A DNA stretch of 64,000 nucleotides from an uncultured Pseudobdellovibrionaceae bacterium. GTDB taxonomy: Bacteria > Bdellovibrionota > Bdellovibrionia > Bdellovibrionales > Bdellovibrionaceae. Location: assembly GCA_964655485.1 (NCBI GenBank), contig CAZZMS010000090.1, positions 3,053-67,052 of the forward strand. The letters run 5' to 3'. Both the position numbers and the translations under genes were made by a program. Shown here piece by piece: positions 57,327-64,000 of the stretch. The notes below the pieces were generated by a model. That model did no database searches. It worked only from the letters and a program-made list of their open reading frames with translations, and was not told where the DNA came from. Positions within the stretch are counted from its first letter, which is position 1, and each line of letters begins with the position of its first letter.

Positions 57327-58277
57327 ATGCAGAGGTTTTACTTCTTTTTAGTAATATCCGCAGTGTTCGTCTTGGGCTGTTCAGGAGCTCAGTTTGATTT
57401 GCCTGCCCAGCAGGTCTTGCTGGATGCTGAGGTCCAGTATAACAACAAAGTCGATCTACTTTTTATGATCGATAATTCCACCACCATGAATGTGCATCAG
57501 GCCAAGTTGGTGCAGCAGGTGCCATCTCTCATCCAGGAACTTAATCGCTCCGAGCTAGACTATCGCCTGGCAGTCGTGACAGCCGATATGCGCTCGCAAG
57601 GCAGTGGTGGACGTCTTTTGGGAACGCCAAGTTTTCTGACGCGTCAACACTCGGGCTTGGTCGAGCTTTTTCAACAACGTCTACAGCAGGGGCAGAATGG
57701 TTCGGATATCGAAGCGGGATTAGAAAGTCTCTATCAGGCCTTGATCAAGCCCGAGGGGCAAAACTTTCTTCGCCGGGAGGCTTTACTGGCGATGGTCATT
57801 TTAACCAACGAAGATGACTATTCGCCCAAAAATCCTGATTTTTACCGACAAGCCTTTGACGAGCTCAAGGGTTCTGTTCCCGGCTACACCCGAGGATGGA
57901 TGATGAACTTTCTCGGAGTGGTAGATTTAAATGGAACTTGTCAAACGGCACCGGGTTTTAACGAGGTAGGCTTACGTTATCTTCGGCTTGTGGAAGCAAC
58001 CGAAGGGGTGGCGGCCTCCATTTGTGACCAAAGTCTAGCCTTCGGTGTGAGTAACATTCGAAAGCGTATTGTACAGGTTTTATCCGATTATCCTTTAGCT
58101 CAAGAGCCTAACCTAAGTACTGTGCAAGTGTGGTTAAATGGCGAGCTGGTTCCCATGAGTGATCAGGATGGTTGGACTTATGTGTCGGCCACGCGACGTA
58201 TTCGTTTCCATGGGCGCTACTTGCCTAAGCCTTCCGATCGTATTCGCGTCGATTACAAGCCAGCCGGTGGAGCCTAG
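57327..58277 (+). CDS. lipoprotein with von Willebrand factor A-like domain
   Basis: Lipobox FVLGCSG; MIDAS-like DLLFMIDNSTTM followed by a Rossmann-like alternation and ILTNEDD. Confidence 0.55.
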   Translation: MQRFYFFLVISAVFVLGCSGAQFDLPAQQVLLDAEVQYNNKVDLLFMIDNSTTMNVHQAKLVQQVPSLIQELNRSELDYRLAVVTADMRSQGSGGRLLGTPSFLTRQHSGLVELFQQRLQQGQNGSDIEAGLESLYQALIKPEGQNFLRREALLAMVILTNEDDYSPKNPDFYRQAFDELKGSVPGYTRGWMMNFLGVVDLNGTCQTAPGFNEVGLRYLRLVEATEGVAASICDQSLAFGVSNIRKRIVQVLSDYPLAQEPNLSTVQVWLNGELVPMSDQDGWTYVSATRRIRFHGRYLPKPSDRIRVDYKPAGGA

Positions 58278-58376
58278 GACAGTTTTACTAAGCACTTTGT
58301 CAAAAAGCTTGAAAACCCTTTGTCTCCCCTCTCATTTTCTGTCACTAATGAAAACAAAATGATTGGGGGATAGAAT

Positions 58377-58940
58377 ATGAGTGCAGGGGGATCCTCTTCA
58401 CCAGCTCATGCGCAGGATGCATTCACGGGTACAGGTCAACATGATGATCTCTCTCGGCAATTTGCCATGACCACGCGTTTGGATGCTGTGGTGCGCTGGG
58501 GGCAGCGCAATTCTTTGTGGCCTCTGGCTTATGGCACGGCTTGTTGTGGAATTGAATTAATGAGTGTGATGGGGCCCAAGTATGACTTGGCTCGTTTTGG
58601 AGCGGAGGTGGTTCGATTTTCTCCGCGGCAGTCGGATTTGTTAATTGTGGCTGGTACGATTACTGAAAAAATGGCTCCCATTTTAGTGCGTATCTATCGT
58701 CAAATGTTAGAGCCAAAGTATGTGATTTCCATGGGAGTTTGCGCCTCCTCGGGCGGATTCTACCGCGCTTATCATGTCCTGCAAGGTATTGATAAGGTGA
58801 TTCCTGTGGACGTGTTTATTCCAGGTTGTCCCCCAACTCCTGAAGCCGTGTTAGATGGTATCATGTTACTGCAGAAAATGATCAAAGACGGTCACCCTCG
58901 ACCTTGGAAGCAAAACTGGAGACCTCCTTATGGCGAATAG
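58377..58940 (+). CDS. nuoB: NADH-quinone oxidoreductase subunit B
   Basis: ACCGIELM, ...GVCASSGG..., IPGCPP cluster-N2 cysteines. Confidence 0.9.
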   Translation: MSAGGSSSPAHAQDAFTGTGQHDDLSRQFAMTTRLDAVVRWGQRNSLWPLAYGTACCGIELMSVMGPKYDLARFGAEVVRFSPRQSDLLIVAGTITEKMAPILVRIYRQMLEPKYVISMGVCASSGGFYRAYHVLQGIDKVIPVDVFIPGCPPTPEAVLDGIMLLQKMIKDGHPRPWKQNWRPPYGE

Positions 58941-60639
58941 TTTATCGCTAGAAAGTTTGCGTCAAGAGCTCACCCAGACGGCGTCTTCTTGGGGGCCCTT
59001 GCAACTAGATCGTTACCTGTTTTCTGATCATTATGGGGATAAAACCATCGTTATACCCAAATCCGATGTGTTACCCTTGATGCGTTTTTTGAAAGATACG
59101 AAGCGCTATGATTTTTTCGTGGATCTTTGTGGGGTGGATTATCCCTCCCGTCCTGAGCGTTTTGATGTGGTTTATCACCTGCTCAATACGCAAACAGGAG
59201 ATCGTTTGCGTATAAAAACAGCGGTGGCGGATGGTGAGCGAGTGGATTCCGTCATCAGTGTCTGGCGGGGAGCTGACTGGTTCGAGCGTGAAGCCTTTGA
59301 TATGTTCGGTATTGTCTTTCAGGGCCACCCCAACTTGCGTCGTATTCTGACTCACCACCAGTTTCAGGGTCATCCTTTGCGCAAAGATTATGAGGCGAAT
59401 CTGCAACAGCCTTGCACTGAACCCCTCCCGATACATTTTAACCATGAGCCGGGCAAGCGCGGGGATGAACTTGATCCTCGTTTTGTGCCTTTAAACATCG
59501 GCCCCTCTCATCCGGCGATGCATGGAACTTTGCGGGTTATGGTTGAACTGGATGGTGAGACTATTGTGCGAGCTAATTGCGAGATTGGTTACCTCCATCG
59601 TTGTTTTGAAAAAATGGCGGAAACCCATCCTTACTACCAAGTGATTCCTTATACGGACCGTTTGAATTACTGCTCGGCTCCGATGAATAACTTGGGTTAC
59701 TGTAAAACCGTAGAGAAAATTTTAGGCGTCGAAATTCCTCCTAAGGCTCAAGCTTTGCGCATTATCTTAGCCGAGTTATCACGCATTATTGATCACATTA
59801 TTGCCGTGGGTACAGGCGGAGTGGATCTTGGAGCCTTGAGCGTATTTTTTCACCTGTTTGCCTACCGTGAGCGGGTATATGAAATTTTTGAAAAATTATG
59901 TGGAGCTCGTCTCACTGTGAATATGATGCGGATCGGTGGAGTGGCTAATGAGCCTCCCCCAGGTTGGTACGATGAGATCCTGCGTTTTTGTGACGATTTT
60001 GCCCAAGAGATCGACGAGCTATGTCGCCTCTTGCTTGATAATAAGATTTTTGTTCAGCGCACTTTAGGGGTGTTACCGGTATCCAAAGAGGAAGCGCTGA
60101 CTTGGGGCTACACAGGGCCGATGTTGCGTGCCTCTGGAGTTGCCATGGATTTGCGTAAACTTACTCCTTACTACGGCTATGATCAGCTGGATTTTAGTGT
60201 TCCCGTGGGGAGTACAGGGGACATTTACGATCGTTATGTGGTGCGCATCGAAGAGATGCGACAGAGTCTTAAGATCATCAGACAGGTGTGCAAAAACATC
60301 CCTGAGGGCGATTACACGATTCGGGATAAGCACATTGTTTTGCCCGAAAAGGCCGATGTTTACGGTAACATCGAAGGGTTAATGAACCACTTCATGTTGA
60401 TTATGAAAGGGATTCGCCCGCCGGCAGGAGAGGTGTACGATGCCACGGAGGCGGCCAATGGGGAGCTTGGTTTTTACTTGGTTTCTGATGGGAGTGCGGC
60501 TCCTTATCGCTTGAAGGTGCGCCCCCCTTGTTTTGCAATCTACCAATCCTTCCCCTATGTGGTGCGTGGAGGGCAGATTGCTGATGCGATTGCTACCGTG
60601 GCCTCTATGAATATCATTGCGGGAGAATTGGATCGATAA
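58930..60639 (+). CDS. nuoCD: NADH-quinone oxidoreductase fused subunit C/D
   Basis: The N-terminal roughly 170 aa are NuoC-like (WFEREAFDMFGIVFQGHP). The remainder is NuoD-like (GPSHPAMHGTLR, RIEEMRQS, C-terminal IAGELDR). Single 569-aa ORF. Confidence 0.9.
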   Translation: MANSLSLESLRQELTQTASSWGPLQLDRYLFSDHYGDKTIVIPKSDVLPLMRFLKDTKRYDFFVDLCGVDYPSRPERFDVVYHLLNTQTGDRLRIKTAVADGERVDSVISVWRGADWFEREAFDMFGIVFQGHPNLRRILTHHQFQGHPLRKDYEANLQQPCTEPLPIHFNHEPGKRGDELDPRFVPLNIGPSHPAMHGTLRVMVELDGETIVRANCEIGYLHRCFEKMAETHPYYQVIPYTDRLNYCSAPMNNLGYCKTVEKILGVEIPPKAQALRIILAELSRIIDHIIAVGTGGVDLGALSVFFHLFAYRERVYEIFEKLCGARLTVNMMRIGGVANEPPPGWYDEILRFCDDFAQEIDELCRLLLDNKIFVQRTLGVLPVSKEEALTWGYTGPMLRASGVAMDLRKLTPYYGYDQLDFSVPVGSTGDIYDRYVVRIEEMRQSLKIIRQVCKNIPEGDYTIRDKHIVLPEKADVYGNIEGLMNHFMLIMKGIRPPAGEVYDATEAANGELGFYLVSDGSAAPYRLKVRPPCFAIYQSFPYVVRGGQIADAIATVASMNIIAGELDR

Positions 60640-60728
60640 GCGATGGCCAATGAGCAAAGGGGTGTCGTAAGATTTGAGCGAAATCGCTAACGCTGGGGAT
60701 GAGAAAGATAAACTCCGGAGAAGTTACC

Positions 60729-61202
60729 ATGTTTCAACTAAGTGCGGAAGGTCGGGAAAAAGTAAAAAAAGAAATGGCTCGCTACGAAACTAAGCAATCG
60801 GCGATTATTCCAGCCTTGTACATTGCTCAAGCGGAGAATCATGGTTGGATCAATGATGAAGTGATCCACGAGCTAGCGCGTGTGATGGATATTCCTGAAG
60901 CGCAAATCAACGAGGTCTTCAAATTCTACACCATGTTTAATCAAAAGCCTGTGGGGAAATATCATGTGCAGGTGTGTGGGACCTTGTCTTGTCATGTGAA
61001 TGGGGCCCAAGAGTTGATTGATTTTCTTTGTCGCAGCTTAGACGTGGAGCTGGATCAAGTGACAGCGGATGGGAAGTATACGATCTCCCGAGTGGAGTGC
61101 CTAGGATCCTGTGGTACGGCCCCTATGATGCAAGTGAATGACAGGTACTACGAAAACTTGACTCCTGAATCGGCCCTCCAGCTGTTGAAAAGCTTACCTT
61201 AA
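60729..61202 (+). CDS. nuoE: NADH-quinone oxidoreductase subunit E
   Basis: 2Fe-2S cysteines in VCGTLSCHV and ECLGSCGTAP. GGAGA SD before ATG 60729. Confidence 0.85.
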   Translation: MFQLSAEGREKVKKEMARYETKQSAIIPALYIAQAENHGWINDEVIHELARVMDIPEAQINEVFKFYTMFNQKPVGKYHVQVCGTLSCHVNGAQELIDFLCRSLDVELDQVTADGKYTISRVECLGSCGTAPMMQVNDRYYENLTPESALQLLKSLP

Positions 61203-61219
61203 CCGTATGAGGCCTTATT

Positions 61220-62518
61220 ATGAGCGAAGTTAAAGTTCTCACTGAACATTACGACAAGCCCGAGTATCAAAGCTTGAAAGGTTACCAAGCTCTGGGGGGT
61301 TACCAAAGTTTGAAAAAGGCTTTGGGTATGACTCCCGAGCAGATTATTGAGGAGGTGAAAGCCAGTGGTTTGCGTGGCCGTGGCGGAGCGGGTTTTCCCA
61401 CGGGTGTGAAGTGGGGTTTTCTCCCCAAAAACGGTGAGCCTCGTTACTTGTTGTGCAATGCCGATGAAGGAGAGCCTGGGACCTTCAAAGATCGCTTGAT
61501 GATGGAGCGAGCGCCACATCAGCTCATTGAGGGTATGATTATATCAGCCTATGCGATTCAATCGCATAAGTCGTATATTTATGTGCGAGGGGAGTATAAC
61601 TATCCCATTGCAGTTTTAGAAAAAGCCTTACAAGAAGCTTATGATGCCGGTTTTTTGGGAAAAAACATCCTAGGCTCAGGCTTCTCTCACGATATGGATA
61701 TTTATCGGGGGGCCGGGGCGTATATCTGTGGTGAAGAAACTGGATTGATTTCCTCTTTAGAAGGTTACAAGGGGCAGCCCAAGCTTAAGCCCCCGTTTCC
61801 CGCCGTGCAGGGTTACCTTAAGAAACCAACGATTGTGAACAATGTGGAAACCCTTGCCGCTGTGACCGTTATTATTCGTGATGGGGCAAGCGGCTACCGC
61901 AAATATGGCACCGAGAAATCGGCGGGGACAAAGTTGTTCTCCCTCTCCGGTAACGTGCAAAAGCCCGGTAACTATGAGGTCCCATTAGGTTACCCACTCA
62001 AAGATTTGATTTTTGGCTTAGGTGGTGGAATCCGTGGTGGAAGGAAGTTAAAGGCGGTTATTCCTGGGGGATCATCTGCCCCGGTATTGACAGCAGAAGA
62101 GGCCATGCGAGCGACTTTAGATTATGAGTGTCTTTCGCAAATGGGAACCATGTTAGGTTCGGGAGCCGTCATCGTGCTCGACGATCGCCAGTGTATGGTG
62201 GATTGTCTAGCTAATCTCACACACTTTTATCATCATGAATCTTGCGGTCAGTGTACGCCTTGTCGCGAGGGTACAGGATGGCTTGATAAAATTGCTCATC
62301 GGATTTTGCGCGGGGAAGGGCGTACGGAGGATATCGATCTTCTTCTTAAAGTGGCTGACAATATGAAGGGTCGGACGATTTGTGCTTTATCCGATGCTGC
62401 CGCTTTACCCGTGATAAGTTTTGTTACTAAGTTTCGTGATGAGTTTGAGTACTACGTCAAGCAAGGTAAATCCATGGTAACAGGAAAGGTGATGCATCAT
62501 GATCAAATGCACCATTAA
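61220..62518 (+). CDS. nuoF: NADH-quinone oxidoreductase subunit F
   Basis: GRGGAGFPTG FMN/NADH motif and ESCGQCTPCREG 4Fe-4S motif. Confidence 0.9.
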   Translation: MSEVKVLTEHYDKPEYQSLKGYQALGGYQSLKKALGMTPEQIIEEVKASGLRGRGGAGFPTGVKWGFLPKNGEPRYLLCNADEGEPGTFKDRLMMERAPHQLIEGMIISAYAIQSHKSYIYVRGEYNYPIAVLEKALQEAYDAGFLGKNILGSGFSHDMDIYRGAGAYICGEETGLISSLEGYKGQPKLKPPFPAVQGYLKKPTIVNNVETLAAVTVIIRDGASGYRKYGTEKSAGTKLFSLSGNVQKPGNYEVPLGYPLKDLIFGLGGGIRGGRKLKAVIPGGSSAPVLTAEEAMRATLDYECLSQMGTMLGSGAVIVLDDRQCMVDCLANLTHFYHHESCGQCTPCREGTGWLDKIAHRILRGEGRTEDIDLLLKVADNMKGRTICALSDAAALPVISFVTKFRDEFEYYVKQGKSMVTGKVMHHDQMHH

Positions 62519-64000
62519 CGGGGTTCCTTTAGAGGTTAAGCCGGGCACGACCATCATTCAGGCCATGATGGAAAACGGCCAGCGGATCGCCCATTATTGT
62601 TGGCATCCTGGTCTAAGTATAGCCGGCGTATGTCGCTTGTGCATGGTGGAAATCGAAGGTAACCCCCGCTTACAGATTGCTTGTAACACGGTGATTACTG
62701 AAGGGATGAAAATCAACAATACCTCAGAAAAAGTGAAAGAGGCGGCCAAGTGGGGCTTGGAGTTTCACCTGATTAACCATCCCTTGGATTGCCCTATTTG
62801 TGATCAAGCGGGTGAATGTGGTTTGCAAGATCAATATATGGAGTTTGGAGCCTATGACTCGGCCATGGCTGAGCCCAAGCAGAAAAAGCACAAGGTGGTG
62901 GATCTAGGCTCTAAAATTGTTTTGGATACTGAACGCTGTATTCTTTGTTCACGTTGTGTGCGCTTCACTGATGAGGTCAGCAAAACCCATGAGTTAGGGA
63001 TTTTTAACCGCGGGGATCGCTCTGAAATTGGAACTCATGACGGCAAAAAGTTGGAAAACAACTATGCCTTAAATACGGTGGATATTTGTCCGGTAGGGGC
63101 TTTAACCAGTAAGGATTTTCGCTTCCGTCAGCGTGTGTGGTATCTCAAAAATCAAGAGACCATCTGTAACGGGTGTTCTACCGGCTGTAATGTAAAAGTT
63201 TATTTCAATAAAGAGGGTTTTTTTAGGGTTAAACCCGTTTACAATCCCGAGGTGAATGGCTACTGGATGTGTGATGAAGGGCGGGAGATTTATAAGTTCG
63301 CCAATCGTGAGTATCGTTGGGACAAGGCTTGGCATTTGACCTCTCAGGGCAAGAAGGAAATGGCTCCGGCTCAGGCGGCTTTGGCGGCTGCGGCCAGTTT
63401 GGGGGCGGATTCTTACCTGGTCCTGACGGGGCAATACACTCTCGAGGAGTATGATCGAGCCATCAGCTTTTGGGTTCAAAAGACGGGTAACAAAAATATT
63501 TTTCACTGGAAAAATCAACCCGAGGAATGGGAACAATTTGATGGTTTGTTGATGCGGGGAGACCGTAACCCAAACTCTCGAGGATTGGCCCAGGTCTTAG
63601 CCAAACACGGAGTGAATACTCACTGGGAAGATTTGAACAAGGCTTTGGCTGCCGGACAGGTCAAGCATCTTGTGGTAGCAGCGCCTGAAACGGCTGTGTG
63701 GTATAAAGGCTTTGAAAATGACCTAGACTTATTCGCTAAGGCTCAAACGGTGGTGTGGTTACAATCATTCAAACACCCTGCCGTGTCCGAGGTCAGCCAC
63801 AACAACTTTATGCTGATTCCTATGCGCTCCTACGTGGAGAAATCAGGTACATTTGTAAACCATGCGGGACGTGAGCAAAAGTTTGACGCTGTGACGGTTC
63901 TGCTGCATGAAACTTTAACTTTGGATCAAGCTGTGGGGCTGATGGCGGGTATGAGGGAAGTCATGTTACCTCAGGCCACCACCCTGGTGCCCATGGTTGA
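62499..64000 (+). CDS. nuoG: NADH-quinone oxidoreductase subunit G (5' partial, continues beyond window)
   Basis: Hand translation from ATG 62499 gives MIKCTINGVPLEVKPGTTIIQAM...CWHPGLSIAGVCRLCMVEIEG...HPLDCPICDQAGECGLQD. The frame is absent from the ORF track because it has no stop in the window. Overlaps nuoF by 20 nt. Confidence 0.85.
   Translation, partial: MIKCTINGVPLEVKPGTTIIQAMMENGQRIAHYCWHPGLSIAGVCRLCMVEIEGNPRLQIACNTVITEGMKINNTSEKVKEAAKWGLEFHLINHPLDCPICDQAGECGLQDQYMEFGAYDSAMAEPKQKKHKVVDLGSKIVLDTERCILCSRCVRFTDEVSKTHELGIFNRGDRSEIGTHDGKKLENNYALNTVDICPVGALTSKDFRFRQRVWYLKNQETICNGCSTGCNVKVYFNKEGFFRVKPVYNPEVNGYWMCDEGREIYKFANREYRWDKAWHLTSQGKKEMAPAQAALAAAASLGADSYLVLTGQYTLEEYDRAISFWVQKTGNKNIFHWKNQPEEWEQFDGLLMRGDRNPNSRGLAQVLAKHGVNTHWEDLNKALAAGQVKHLVVAAPETAVWYKGFENDLDLFAKAQTVVWLQSFKHPAVSEVSHNNFMLIPMRSYVEKSGTFVNHAGREQKFDAVTVLLHETLTLDQAVGLMAGMREVMLPQATTLVPMV

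Overview
This reads as a 64 kb chromosomal segment from a flagellated, chemotactic Gram-negative bacterium. The gene content is consistent with a Bdellovibrio-like or Oligoflexia-like organism, with many secreted lipoproteins, HExxH hydrolases, giant coiled-coil surface proteins, menaquinone genes and Nuo. That taxonomic guess is inference only. About 55 protein genes and one tRNA-Ala(GGC) can be supported. Confident housekeeping calls are: KamA-family radical SAM enzyme, Maf, RluA, FolE, trigger factor, flagellin, S18, L28, aspartate kinase, a lytic transglycosylase, TerC, HutI, GpmA, SucA-SucB-LpdA, UbiE/MenG, DAHP synthase, MenF-MenD-MenH, and NuoB-NuoCD-NuoE-NuoF-NuoG (NuoG runs off the window end). 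I saw no CRISPR array, rRNA, transposase, integrase or phage genes, so this is not an obvious mobile island. The more interesting material is in the poorly characterised envelope and accessory genes: (1) a four-gene module with two paralogous RALGMGG-motif beta-barrels flanking a lipoprotein; (2) a translationally coupled pair of half-size ArsA/Get3-like ATPases; (3) a 1330-aa coiled-coil lipoprotein with a Cys-rich island and EF-hand-like C-terminus; (4) a Q/E/K-rich coiled-coil protein with a C-terminal Hsp20-like domain, divergent from flagellin; (5) a stand-alone S18 / L28 / truncated L24-like cluster with a mirror-symmetric divergent promoter; (6) a 590-bp AT-rich gap between convergent genes that holds a perfect 22-bp-stem inverted repeat and two coupled micro-ORFs. 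All functional calls come from motif recognition by eye; no database search was run.
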